From Octopus vulgaris (Eukaryota), in assembly GCA_951406725.2 (NCBI GenBank), contig OX597838.1, positions 23,932,001 to 23,996,000 on the forward strand: a DNA stretch of 64,000 nt. Direction: 5' to 3'. The position numbers and the translations under genes were made by a program. Shown piece by piece: positions 1-12,310 of the stretch. Within the stretch, counting starts at the first letter, position 1. Every line of letters begins with the position of its first letter. Under the pieces are notes generated by a model, which worked only from the letters and a program-made list of their open reading frames with translations, was not told the DNA's origin and did not search any database.

Positions 1-77
1 TTTGCACCCCTCCACTACTCTTCTCCTCACACTTCCTATCTTGTTGCTTACGCCTCTACGATTGGATCACCTTTGAT

Positions 78-392
78 CAGGGGTTCTTAACTGGGGTTTA
101 TATAGACCCTGGGAGGGGGCCCATATAAGATTTGGTGGGATCCACAGGTGCGATATAGTAAATTGGGGTCTACAGTAAATTTTCAAGGACCACGAAAAAA
201 TCTTAAAATTTATGTGCTGCAAATTTGCTATACGTCCACAATACACAAAATATTTAAAATTTTATACAATTCCTAATAATATTTGGTTATAAAACAACAA
301 TAGGATTCCTTAAACATCAAATGGCTATGGGGGTCAACCTGAGTAGAATAGGAATCAAAGGGGGGGGGGCAAAAATGGCCGAGAAACCCCTG
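78..392. mobile_element. hAT-like non-autonomous element (MITE)
   Basis: Ends CAGGGGTTCTTAAC / CCGAGAAACCCCTG are imperfect inverted repeats of hAT-Charlie type. Interior resembles 3792-4522. TSD not preserved. Confidence 0.6.
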
Positions 393-737
393 GTCTACAT
401 AATCAGAACTGATTTCAGTTTAAACTACGATAGCAGCAGCACTTTACGATGTTCCTGTTTCTAACGGTCAATTAACCAGCCTCGTACCCCTTGTTTGCTT
501 GAATCTACCACTTCTTTGTGACACCTTAACGCTACGTGTAACCGTTAGCTGCTATCTAGCATTCCCTCACTTTTCACACTGCATCCATTACCAACTCACA
601 TTACATATCCATACCATCTCGCTCTCTCTCTCTCTCTCTCCCTTCCTCTCTCTCTCTTTCCCTCTCTCTCTCTCTCTCACCCTGCCTTCTTTCTTTCATA
701 CATCAGTGAAGACCTGATTTATGTATGGGCCAATATG

Positions 738-1060
738 GGCGCATCGTTTAGTGGTTAGGGTGTTCGGTTCAAGATTGTAAAACCGCGAGTTCGATACTCG
801 CATAGTGTCCTTGAGAAAAGACACTTTTTTCACGTTGCTCCAGTTCACTCAGCTGGCAAAAATGAATGGTACCTGTAATTCAAAAGGGGCCAGTCTTTCA
901 CATCGTGTGTCACGCTGAATCTCCTCGGAAACTACGTTAAGGTACATGTGTTTGTGGGTAGTAAAGAAATAGGTACATGTGTCTGTGGAATTCTCAGCCA
1001 CTTACACATTGACTTCACGAGCGGGTTGACCATCGTCGTCCTAACCGACGGAATGCCAGT
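738..1060 (+). mobile_element. tRNA-headed CORE-like SINE (family C)
   Basis: Head GGCGCATCGTTTAGTGGTTAG...GAGTTCGATACTC (A/B boxes), then GTGTCCTTGAGAAAAGACACT core. Homologous to the full-length copy at 34686-35014. Confidence 0.8.
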
Positions 1061-1414
1061 AATGATATGAGACATGACTCAAGGGCCCTTTTATCTCAGA
1101 GATGCCAAAAGCCCGAAGTTAAAATCTAAAAAATATATATTTACAGCAATCAAATGATTTGTAAATTTTTTTTTACTCCTTTAAGCTTTTCTATTCCAAT
1201 GGAATTCTTTCATAATTATTGAACCCTCCTTTGATTCATTGGGCCCTTTTAGATTTAAAGAGCCATTGAATTTAAATGGATTCCTTTGAATCTATCGATG
1301 CCCTTTGAAGTTTTGGGGGTCCTCTTTATAGTCTTATGCTTTGAATTAGCAGGTTTTTAAGTGATGCCTTTTTAAAAACACTGTTTTCTTCTTATATATT
1401 AAGAAAGCAGTCAT

Positions 1415-1625
1415 GGCGGTGAGTTGGCAGAATCGTTAGCATGCCGGGCCAAATGCTTAGCGGCATTTCGTCCGTCTTTAGATTCTGAGTTCAAATTCTG
1501 CCGAGGTCGTCTTTGCTTTCATCCTTTGGAAGTCGATGAATCAAATACTAGATAAACACTGCGGTTGATGAAATCGATTAATCCGCTCCCCAGAAGTTGC
1601 TGGCCTTGTGCTAAAATTTAAAATC
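1415..1625 (+). mobile_element. tRNA-derived SINE family B
   Basis: GGCGGTGAGTTGGCAGAATCGTTAGC head, GAGTTCAAATTC B-box, and CTTTCATCCTTT..GTCGAT central domain shared by many copies in the window. Confidence 0.75.
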
Positions 1626-1815
1626 GATATATTAAGAGAGCAGTCACCATCAAGGCAGCGCCAACATGTCAGAAATTATCAAAGTGCTGGCAGGCATTAA
1701 AGTTATGGAATACGCAAAAATGTGTTTAGGAAAATACAAATCTGATATGAGATTATAAATGCTCTTTGTATTTGTACTTCGATTACACTGTGTAGCATGA
1801 TTTTTGTCTTTTGGG

Positions 1816-2175
1816 TAGCAACTGTTATTTCCTATTTGCTTAACCGTAGAAAGTCATGAAAAATGGCTAAAATTTCCTTCAAAATTTGCTTTTATTATAT
1901 TTATTCAACCCCCCACCACCACCAAAATCCTCTCAGCACATAGCTACGATACTCCGCCACTACTTCTGCACAACATTAGAGATACACATATTGTCAGCCA
2001 CTAAGGGACATGCTCAGGCGGTTAAGGTCAAGCAAATCTGTGTGTGGTATTGAGCAGAATATTTGCTATAACGATATTTCTGCTTCAGCAACTCGGTGCT
2101 GAACCTGCCTGAAATGTAATGGAAAACATTCCCTTTGATATCTAGATAGACGCAAATAAGAAATAACACTTACTG
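1816..2175. mobile_element. putative MITE with ~24-bp imperfect TIRs
   Basis: TAGCAACTGTTATTTCCTATTTGC at the left versus GCAAATAAGAAATAACACTTACTG at the right. Confidence 0.45.
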
Positions 2176-2549
2176 ACCACAGACAAAGAAAAAAATGTCA
2201 CGGTATTTTTACAACATTATATTTGATTTTACCATACGTATTCCTACTTGCGAAATTATAAACGCAAAATCGTTGGGCCCCGAAAACACTGGTGCAGGAG
2301 TCCCACTAGGTCTTAATCTGGCCCCGATATCTGCCGATATCTTATATGCTCACTTACACGCTAGACTTAATGAATCTTCTATTAATATTTGAGAAAATAT
2401 AGTGAAGTCTTGCTCCGCTGCTGATGTCATAAAGGGACCAAAATATGTACAGATTTCTTACGCACACTTGCCGATGTGTTCACACAATTTTGAACCATAA
2501 GGGAGATCACTCTTCATACACTTTGTGTACACAAGGGTGCGCTGCATTT

Positions 2550-2550
<1 letters not shown>

Positions 2551-2625
<75 letters not shown>
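2551..2625. repeat. (CAT)n/(CAC)n microsatellite
   Basis: Seen directly; source of the poly-His/poly-Ile ORFs. Confidence 0.95.
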
Positions 2626-2626
<1 letters not shown>

Positions 2627-2629
2627 TTT

Positions 2630-3490
2630 ATTAAATTGGTAGAATCGTTAACACACTGGTCGAAATGCTTAGCGGTATTTCGTCTGCCGCTACGTTCTGA
2701 GTTCAAATTCCGCCGAGGTCGACTTTGCCTTTCATCCTTTCGGGGTCGATTAAATAAGTACCAGTTACGCACTGGAGTCGATATAATCGACTTAATCCGT
2801 TTGTCTGTCCCTTCTGTGTTTTGCCCCTTGTGGATAATAAAGAAATAAGTATTTCGCCCGTTGCTACATTCTGAGTTCAAATTCCGTTGTAGTCGATTTT
2901 GCCTTTCATCCTTTCGGGGTCGATAAATTAGGCACCAGTTGAGCACATGGGGTCGATGTTATTGACTGTTCCCCTCCCCACAAAATCCAGGCCTTGTGCC
3001 TATACCGGAAAGGATTATTATTAATTTTCCGAAGGGCAGCGAGCTATCAAAATCATCAGCTTGCCAAAAAAGTGCTCTGCGGGATTTCGTTTGTCTGAGT
3101 TCAAATTCCACCGATGTCGACTTTCATCCTGTCGTGGTTGATAAAATAAATACCAATTGAGCACTGGAGTCGGTGTAATCAACTTTCCCCAACATGCTGG
3201 CCTTGTGCTAAAATTATTATTATTATTGTTATTGTTATTATCATTATTATTATTATTATCATTATTATTATCATTATTATTGTGGCGAGCTGGCAGAATC
3301 GTTAGCGCGCTGGACGAAATGCTTAGCGGTATTTCGCCCGTCGCTACGTTCTGAGTTCAAATTCCGCCAATGTCGACTTTGCCTTTCATCTTTACGGGGT
3401 CGATTAAATAAGTACCAGCGGGGTCGACTTAATTGACTAGCCCCTCCCCCAAAATTTCAGGCCTTATGCCTATAGTGGAAAGGGTTATTG
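2630..3490 (+). mobile_element. tandem cluster of about four family-B SINE copies
   Basis: Repeated TTCTGAGTTCAAATTCCGCCGAGGTCGACTTTGCCTTTCATCC motif near 2695, 2870, 3095 and 3350, some copies separated by (TTA)n tails. CpGs are retained. Confidence 0.85.
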
Positions 3491-3791
3491 ATATACAGGA
3501 GGAGGAGGAGGAGGAGGTGGGAAGTTGTGTGGCGGAATCGTTTGAGTGTCGAAAACAACGCCTTGCGGTATTTCTTCTAGCTCTTTAGGATCCGAGTTTG
3601 TCTTTAAACCAATCCAAAAGGAAAAGTTATTTTAAAAACAAAACAGAGTTATTCCCCTTTTATTAAAAAACAAAAAAACACGATCCCTTTTTCCTTTCTA
3701 TTAATGTATTATTACAGCGGTTCAACAATAATAACTAATTCAATAGAAGGATGAGGCTGTACCCCAGGTACTTATTTTATCGATTCTAGAT

Positions 3792-4522
3792 CAGTGATTC
3801 GCAACCGGGGTCCATATGGCTCCTGAGGATCCATATAAGATTTTTCAGGATCTACGCAACAAAATACTAAATTGGGGATCTTAATTAGTATTTTAAAGGC
3901 TCCTGAATATTTTTTGCTTTTGATGCAGATGTGATGTATTGGTATGCATTGCAACAAAACAAATAGGTCTCTTTCACAAACATTTTACATAGGAGTGGCT
4001 GTGTGGTAAGTAGCTTGCTTACCAGCCACATGGTTCTGGGTTCAGTCCCACTGCGTGGCATCTTGGGCAAGTGTCTTCTACTATAGCCTCAGGCCGACCA
4101 AAGCCTTGTGAGTGGATTTGGTAGACGGAAACTGAAAGAAGCCCATCGTATATAAATATATATATATATGTGTGTGTCTATGTTTGTCTCTCCAACATCG
4201 CTTGACAACCGATGCTGGTGTATTTACGTCCCCATAACTTAGCGTTACGGCAAAAGAAACCGATAGAATAAGTACTAGGCTTACAAAGAATAAGTCTTGG
4301 GGTCGATTTGCTCGACTAAAGGCGGTGCTCCAGCATGGCCGCAGTCAAATGACTGAAACAAATAAAAGAATAAAAGCTAATGGTATGAAAAACAAAGTAA
4401 GAATTTTGAAAGAAGTTTCTATAAAACTGGTTTTTAAACATCGAATGGCTGTGGGTGTCCATTAGGATAAAATAGTAATTATAGGGGTCTAGAGATAAAA
4501 AAAAATTGGTTGAGAATCTCCG
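3792..4522. mobile_element. hAT-Charlie-like MITE interrupted by a SINE
   Basis: TIRs CAGTGATTCGCAACC / GGTTGAGAATCTCCG. Flanks TTCTAGAT (3784-3791) and CTCTGGAT (4523-4530) are a 6/8 match and fit the NTCTAGAN target consensus. Confidence 0.7.
3991..4375 (+). mobile_element. full-length SINE family A (tRNA head, internal microsatellite, conserved tail)
   Basis: AGGAGTGGCTGTGTGGTAAG head, GGGTTCAGTCCC B-box, TTGGGCAAGTG core, internal (TA)/(TG) tract, tail ending GACTGAAACAAATAAAAG. Confidence 0.9.
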
Positions 4523-4761
4523 CTCTGGATGGATATCAGTTGACGTTTTACGGGGGTTTATGCTCAGAATCGAAAGGGAGGTAACTAAACTATAACCGGG
4601 AATAAAACGCATGTTCATATTTGCACACCGACACAGTTTATTTGGATAAGGGGTAGACAGGTGTTTCTCGACCATTTTTTCCCTTTTTTTTTACTTGTGT
4701 CCTCCTTAGATCCCTATTTCACTCGGATGGACCCCATAGCCATTTAATTATTCTAAAATTC

Positions 4762-5182
4762 GGATCTTTTCGGTTTGAACGGCAGTTTTTAACATAATTT
4801 CTAGGTAACTAAGCAATTTTAAACTTCGTATACTGGTAGAATGTGTTTATAAAGCATCTTTTTCTCTTGGCTTTATTGAGAAAATTCTATAGTTTGTAAG
4901 ATATCTGTTGTTGTTTTTTTCAATTTCTGAAATTTCAACCGATCACTGACGTCTATTGAGGTAAAAAAAAACATTCTGTATCGTATATGAATATGTCCCT
5001 CGTTTAAGAAACAGATTGGGTTTATTTACATTTGTAAAGAAAAAAAAGATACCCTTCCCCCCACCCTAACCCTAACCCTAAAACAGATTGAAATGCAATA
5101 GATCGATACTAGGGTCATAATTATGGGTGACAATTTCATATGACACTGCTAGAAAAAACTGCCGTTCAAACCGAAAAGATTC
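4762..5182. mobile_element. MITE with 29-bp TIRs, 8-bp TSD and internal (CCCTAA)3
   Basis: GGATCTTTTCGGTTTGAACGGCAGTTTTT / AAAAACTGCCGTTCAAACCGAAAAGATTC. TSD TAAAATTC at 4754-4761 and 5183-5190. Confidence 0.85.
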
Positions 5183-5307
5183 TAAAATTCTATTATATTT
5201 TTGTAATTAAATATGATTAGAAATTGTATTTTTTACAAAGTGGCGCAAGCGTAGCTGTGTGGTAAGAAGCCTGCTTCCCAACCACATGGTTCCGGGTTCA
5301 GTCCTGC

Positions 5308-5801
5308 TGCGAACAGTTTTGCGGGAAACTGGGTTCTTGAGGTGGTCATTAAGCTCTGCAGTAATTATGGAAGCTGTACTTTTGTGATCCTTTCTAACAA
5401 TTCGCGTAAGAGACGGACGGTCCCTATCTGAAAGTTATGGTTTTCTTCCTGAGTTTTGTTTCGACGAGGAGGTTATTCCCTCTTTCTCAAAGGCTGTCAT
5501 TACTTCTGAGACAGTACTTCTTGATACACCAAACATTTCGGCTCTTTTCATTACGCTAGCGCCTGTCATATGAGCACCAACAATTTGACCTCTTTGAAAG
5601 TCCGATAGATCTGCTATTTCAGTTAATTTTAATTACCTTTTTCTGATGATATCTGAAAAGAAACAGCAGTTTTAGCAAAACATATTAAGCAACACTAATA
5701 ATAAATCAGAAAACATAGAAATAAACAAGCTTTTGAAGGTTTTATAGATATTTCAAAATTCCATTATTTTGAAATTATTTCCATTATATTGTCCAACGTT
5801 G
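5308..5801 (-). mobile_element. Tc1-like transposon 5' fragment (paired-like DNA-binding domain, pseudogenised)
   Basis: Minus strand 5617-5308 reads IADLSDFQRGQIVGAHMTGASVMKRAEMFGVSRSTVSEVMTAFEKEGITSSSKQNSGRKP*LSDRDRPSLTRIVRKDHKSTASIITAELNDHLKNPVSRKTVR (GRKP motif). TIR-like end GTTGGACAATATAATGGAAA next to TA. Sits between the head and tail of a family-A SINE. Confidence 0.85.
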
Positions 5802-6064
5802 TATATATATGTATGTATTTTGGGGTCTGTGTTTATGCCCCACCCACCATCGCTTGACAACTGATATCGGTGTGTTTACGTCCCCGTAACTAAGCGGGTC
5901 GGCAAAAGAGACCAATAGTATAAGTAGTAAGCTTACGGAGGAAAAGACCTGGGATCGATTTGTTCGACTTAAGGCGGTGCTCCAGCATGGTTGCAGGTAA
6001 AATGACTGAAACGAGTAGAAGTAACATATATATGTATATATATATATTCCTTTACTCTTTTATT

Positions 6065-6775
<711 letters not shown>

Positions 6776-7058
6776 TACGTACATGTGTGTGTGCGTTGAA
6801 AATTTTCCATTTACTGAAACAATTCCAGTTGCCTGACGAGGAGGAATAGAAGGGAAGTAACTCGTATTGGATTAGTTGAAGTGTTTTGGTCTCAGTGCAG
6901 CACCTTTAGCAACGTACTGCAATAACCTCAAGGCGATCGATGCCGTGTGAGTAGAATTTGGTAGATGGAAATTATGAGGAACGACGTTACTTGCGTGCAA
7001 CTAATAATCTTTATTGGTCATCACGAATCGATAAAAAATAATGTGTTCTTTATTTTTA

Positions 7059-7230
7059 AGAGTGGCTGTGTGGTAAGAAGCTTGCTTCCCAACCACATGG
7101 TTCAGGGTTCAGTCCCACTGTGTGGCACCTTGGGCAAGTGTCTTCTACTATAGCCTTGGGCCGACCAAAGCCTTGTGAGTGGATTTGGTAGATGGAAACT
7201 GAAAAGAAGCCCGTCGCATATATGTATGTA
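7059..7230 (+). mobile_element. family-A SINE 5' half
   Basis: GAGTGGCTGTGTGGTAAG...GGAAACTGAAAAGAAGCCCGTCG. Confidence 0.85.
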
Positions 7231-7231
7231 T

Positions 7232-7590
7232 GGTTCAGTTATGATTCAGTTCAGTCCATAATCACTGAAGATTTGGGTATGAGATGCACGTCTGCCAAGT
7301 TTGTGCTAAGAGCTGACCAAAAAGACACTCAGGTTTCAGTTGCGCAAGATCTCCTTGATGGTATCAAAAACAATGAAAACCTTTTGAAAACCCTGTGTAG
7401 GCCTCTGAGCAGGTATCGCCAAGCTTTTGGCAAAGTTTGATGCAGATTCTCTGCTTAGCCTTCTCTGTCATGGCAAATGCAACAATCACATGCTACATAC
7501 CTTCCTTCCAAGCACTGCTGTAAACAGCGGAAGTGAGCTAGAATGTTAAAACTTAGTGCACAAGCACAGGATAGTTCAAGGTCAATCTGT
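7232..7590. mobile_element. rearranged mariner transposase fragments in opposite orientations
   Basis: Plus strand reads SYDSVQSIITEDLGMRCTSAKFVLR (WVPHEL-equivalent region). It is abutted at about 7393 by minus-strand MTEKAKQRICIKLCQKLGDTCSEAYT (mariner N-terminus). Confidence 0.7.
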
Positions 7591-7599
7591 ACCACCAGA

Positions 7600-8306
7600 T
7601 GATTTCAGAATCTCCTGCAACTCTTCTGGATGGTCTCCTTGTTTAAGTTGGTGAATGCTGCCATAATCCTTGCCTCCAGTTCATCTTTGGTGCTACAAGA
7701 AATTTTGTTGGTTGCTTGCTCAACTACACCCCACAAATAATAATCAAGGGAATTGCATTCTGGGGAGTTAGGTGGCCAGATGTTAGGGGTGATGTGGTTG
7801 CAGAAATTGTCTGACAGCCATGATTAGGTTCTCCTGCTTGTATGGCATGGTGCAGAGCCCTGTTGCCAAACATAGGGTCTTCCAGCAGCCATCCTCTTGA
7901 CCCAGGGCAGCATTACCTCCTCCAGGCACCTGATGTAGGTTTCTGTGTTGAATCTGAAGCTATGTGGGAAGACGAATGGAGACATAATGTCGCCATTACT
8001 AATGATCACTCTAAACACCATGATGTTGACTGGATGTTTGATTTTTATCACTCTCGATACATGTCCTCAGATTGATGCCCAAACACTCCGAAATGTTCAT
8101 ATTGGAGCTTCCAGCATGAATGCCAAGCAGTATAGCATGTTGTTTCCAAATTTCTGGCAGAGCAAATTGTGTCATGGTGCTGTTTTTCTCACAGATGGTG
8201 CCCAACTGACCCTACTATACTGTGTAGTCGAAAAAATCGAAGACAAACAATGTGATTGCATGAAAATAAAAATATAAAATGGTGACGATTTACCCCTCGC
8301 ACCCTG
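7600..8306 (-). mobile_element. internally deleted maT (DD37D) Tc1/mariner element
   Basis: YVWQQGSAPCHTSRRT*SWLSDNFCNHITPNIWPPNSPECNSLDYYLWG gives 37 residues between the second (mutated D>G) and third catalytic positions. N-terminal [16 protein letters not shown]. Terminus CAGGGTG followed by TA. Confidence 0.85.
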
Positions 8307-8314
8307 TATGTATA

Positions 8315-8375
<61 letters not shown>

Positions 8376-8381
<6 letters not shown>

Positions 8382-9239
8382 ATAGTAATGCAATACGAGA
8401 GTATTGCTTTCCAGTAAAGGATAGCCCGTGAGGGTAAAATTATACATAAAAGTAAATAAATGGTACAACGAAGCACCGATATCTACTGGAAAATAGCGAA
8501 CATAATAAATACGATGCTAATGTATCGCTTCACTGCGTATGTACTAGTAAAGATGCGTGTGTGCAACAAACATGAAAAAAATTGTCTTACCTCTAGGAAA
8601 AACATCTGAAAAATGAAAAACCTAGATAATGGATAATGCAGTACCGGTTTCGGATTTTTCAAAATACGCTTGCCAAACGTAAACTTGATTTATCCTCATC
8701 AGCTGCATAAACCTCGACAATATTTCAAAAGTTGCCACATCTATGCCAGTACACTCGTCTGAACGCCACAACATTAACAGAACGAGAACAGTGAAGAAGT
8801 TTCAATGAAAATAGTAATGCAATACGAGAGTATTGCTTTCCAGTAAAGGATAGCCCGTGAGGGTAAAATTATACATAAAAGTAAATAAATGGTACAACGA
8901 AGCACATTAATAAACATACACATGCTCCACATTCAACGTTACAGTTTTTCAACTTAATGTTGTGATAATTACAATGTAGAAGAAAAAACATACACATATT
9001 AATATCTAAATGCAGATATAGAGAGTAATAAACTAATAGACAGTAACCTTGACTCTCTATATCTGCATTTAGATATTAATATGTGTATGTTTTTTCTTCT
9101 ACATTGTAATTATCACAACATTAAGTTGAAAAACTGTAACGTTGAATGTGGAGCATATGTATGTTTATTAATGTGCTTCGTATTTATTACGTTTGCTATT
9201 TTCCAGTAGATATCGGTGCTTCGTTGTACCATTTATTTA

Positions 9240-9246
<7 letters not shown>
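8376..9246 (-). mobile_element. Penelope-like element remnant with tandem and inverted pLTR-like segments
   Basis: 101-bp direct repeat 8376-8476/8805-8905; 130-bp inverted repeat 8897-9026/9052-9181; contains a hammerhead motif; embedded in (TA)n. Confidence 0.7.
8636..8708 (-). ncRNA. type-I hammerhead ribozyme
   Basis: Minus strand ATGCAG-CTGATGA-GGAT...ATCC-GAA-ACCGGT-A-CTGCAT: 6-bp stem I, intact core, palindromic stem III, GUA cleavage triplet. Confidence 0.85.
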
Positions 9247-9297
<51 letters not shown>

Positions 9298-9299
9298 CA

Positions 9300-10027
9300 C
9301 ATTGAGATAGGGGTTGTAAATGCAACCCACCATGGGATACCATATATCCATTATTGACATTTTGTAAATCAATAAGAACTAATAGACAGTAACCTTGACT
9401 CTCTATATCTGCATTTAGATATTAATATGTGTATGTTTTTTCTTCGACATTGTAATTATCACAACATTAAGTTGAAAAACTGTAACGTTGAATGTGGAGC
9501 ATATGTATGTTTATTAATTTTTTTTTATTATTTATATCATTATGTATATTTATATTTATATGTATATGAGTATGAGTATATGCACTCATATGTATATGTA
9601 TATGTTTTATTATGGGTATATACCCACACCTTTATAAGTATATATGTAATCTAATTTGTAATCTCTGAAGAGGCCTTAGGATGTTTTTGTAAATGTCTCA
9701 TTTATAACTACATATTGACCTACCATAAATGGCTAATATGAGTTGAATGAGACATGCTTATCTACATGGCCGAAACAGCTGTAAGATATAGTCTATATTT
9801 ATATTTATGTGTACTTATATTTATGTTCTATTATACGTATTCTACTTATTGTATAACATTACTATTTTATGTACACTCCTTCATGTACACTGCTTTACCC
9901 TGTTTTACCCTGCATTATTATGTTTAACCTTATAGTTTCTTATGTAGTGGTTTAATAAAGTATGTGATTGAGTATTATCTGGTAATTGATATTTGATTTC
10001 GATGTATTTCTCCATCTTCTTATTTTG

Positions 10028-10030
<3 letters not shown>
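9300..10030 (+). mobile_element. second Penelope-like pLTR remnant
   Basis: AT-rich segment between (TA)n tracts carrying a hammerhead. Includes a copy (9377-9517) of 9031-9171. Confidence 0.55.
9661..9787 (+). ncRNA. type-I hammerhead ribozyme with extended stem II
   Basis: ATCT-CTGAAGA-GGCC...GGCC-GAA-ACAGCTGT-A-AGAT. Internal ATGTCTCATT/AATGAGACAT and CATATT/AATATG pairings. Confidence 0.85.
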
Positions 10031-10063
<33 letters not shown>

Positions 10064-10158
10064 GATAGAGAGAATATGGTGATATGAGAAAAAAATAGGG
10101 AGAAATCTGACTTAAGGTGGGAAGTCATTGAGAAAGAAGCGGGAAGGATGACTGAAAA

Positions 10159-10224
<66 letters not shown>

Positions 10225-10579
10225 TGTCTGTGTGTGTAAAAGCTGAGAGAGAGAAAGAGAGAAAAAAAGTGATGAAGGCTAAGTGAAAGAAGCTGGAAAT
10301 GGTGTGACCTGATGTGGTCAGACGACTGTCTTAGGTAGCTGTGGAGAGAAACTAGTCTGGTGGGTCTTTGACTGTTGTATAGACATTTATTGTGAGCTTG
10401 AAGTTGGACGGACAAGTTATTAGTTCAGCAAGTATAGTGTTGTCACTGCCACCACCACAACCACAACCACCACCACCTACTTTCAATATCATCATCATCA
10501 TCATCATGGTTATTATCATCAGCAGTATCATCATTGCCATCTGATGATTATGATGATGATGACGATGATTATCATGATG

Positions 10580-10612
10580 TGTATGCTTATGTATGTGTGT
10601 GTGTGTGTGTGT

Positions 10613-10648
<36 letters not shown>

Positions 10649-10702
10649 TTATATATGCATATATTTACATATATATGTATGCATATGTTTGTATTTATGT
10701 GC

Positions 10703-10742
<40 letters not shown>

Positions 10743-10771
10743 ATGTATGTATGTATATATGTATGTATGTG

Positions 10772-10802
<31 letters not shown>

Positions 10803-10829
10803 GTATGTATGTGTATATATATATATATG

Positions 10830-10893
<64 letters not shown>

Positions 10894-10990
10894 CAAAGGT
10901 CTATAGATATATATTGGTGTGTGTATATATATATATGAAAATATGCTTGCATGTATTTATATATGTATCTATGTATGCAGTAGATAGATA
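10580..10990. repeat. compound (TG)/(TA)/(TATG)/(GA) microsatellite
   Basis: Seen directly. Confidence 0.95.
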
Positions 10991-11174
10991 CACATGAACG
11001 TTGGTAGTTCAACTTTAGTTCATCCATGCAACATATTTAATCACTGAGAGTGCTCAACACCCCAACAGGTATTCTGTGCTATACCTATATTTTACCACAT
11101 GATTTAAAGAAAAGGGGTTTTAAGCAGACCTCAAATATTCTGCATCAGAAAATATTGAATTTTTCTATCACTAT

Positions 11175-11300
11175 CGGTACATGTCCTCAGATTGCACTGT
11201 CCTCAGATTGATGCCCAAACATTCTGAAATGTTCATAGTGGAGCTTCCAGCATGAGTGTCAAGCAGTATAGCATGTTGTTTCCAAATTTCTGGCAGAGTG
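11175..11300 (-). mobile_element. second maT N-terminal fragment
   Basis: [35 protein letters not shown], close to 8060-8175. Confidence 0.8.
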
Positions 11301-11364
11301 AATATACATATACATATATATATGTATATGTATATATACATATGTGTATGTATATATATATGTA

Positions 11365-11402
<38 letters not shown>

Positions 11403-11408
11403 CATATT

Positions 11409-11446
<38 letters not shown>

Positions 11447-11504
11447 CATACACACATATATATATGTATGTGTGTGTGTATGTATCTGTAATCTGTGTGC
11501 ATGT

Positions 11505-12310
11505 GTCTTTGTACCTGTGTTTGTCCGCCACTATTGCTTGACAACTAGTGTTAGTATGTTTACGTATCTGTAACTTAGCGGTTCAGCAAAAGAGACTAAT
11601 GGAACAAGTACCACGCTTAAAATAATAAATGCTGGGGTTGATTCATTTGACTAAAAATTCTCCATAGTGGTGCCCCAGCATGGCCACAATCTAATCACTG
11701 TTGCAAGTAAAAGATAAAAGATAAATTATTAAGCTGATGTTTGGAATGTATGTGGTTAGAAGCTTGCTTTCCAACCACATGATTCTGGGTTCAGTCCTAC
11801 TGCATGGAACCTTGGGCAAGTATCTTCTACCATAGCCTCATGTTGACCAAAGCCTTGTGAGTGGGATTTGGCAAATGGAAACTGAAAGAAGCCCATCATA
11901 TATATATGTATGTATGTATGTATTTATGTATGTATGTATTATGTATGTATGCATGTATGTATGTATTTATGTATGTATGTATTATGTATGTATGTACGTA
12001 TGTATGTATGTATGTATGTATGTATGTATTTATGTATGTATGTATTATGTATGTATGTATGTATGTATGTATATATGTATGTATGTATGTAGTTATGTGT
12101 GTGTTTCCCCCCCCCCATCACTTGACAACGAATGTTGGTGTGTTTACATCCCCGTAACTCAGCGGTTCAGTAAAAGATACCAATAAAATAAGTACTAGGC
12201 TTCCAAAGAATAAGTCCTGAGGTTGATTTCTTGGACCAAAAAACCCTTTAAGGTGGTGCTCCAGCATGGCCACAGTCAAACGAACTGAAACAAGAATAAA
12301 AGAATGAATT
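11505..12310 (+). mobile_element. family-A SINE tail plus full copy with expanded (TATG)n, CpG-decayed
   Basis: Head, core and tail motifs present, with many CG>TG/CA changes. Confidence 0.8.

Noticed and set aside
5065-5082. Telomere or chromosome fusion site
   Set aside because: Only three repeats, inside a TIR-bounded MITE.
6830-6865. CTGACGAG hammerhead-like core (also CTGAAGA near 24967 and 40637, CTGATGA near 57759)
   Set aside because: No correctly placed GAAA with paired stems.
10531-11573. Many long YI/VC/HT-rich ORFs (also 19.8-20.4, 26.7-27.5, 46.7-47.5 and 59.4-60 kb)
   Set aside because: Translations of (TA)n/(TG)n microsatellites, which lack stops; not proteins.
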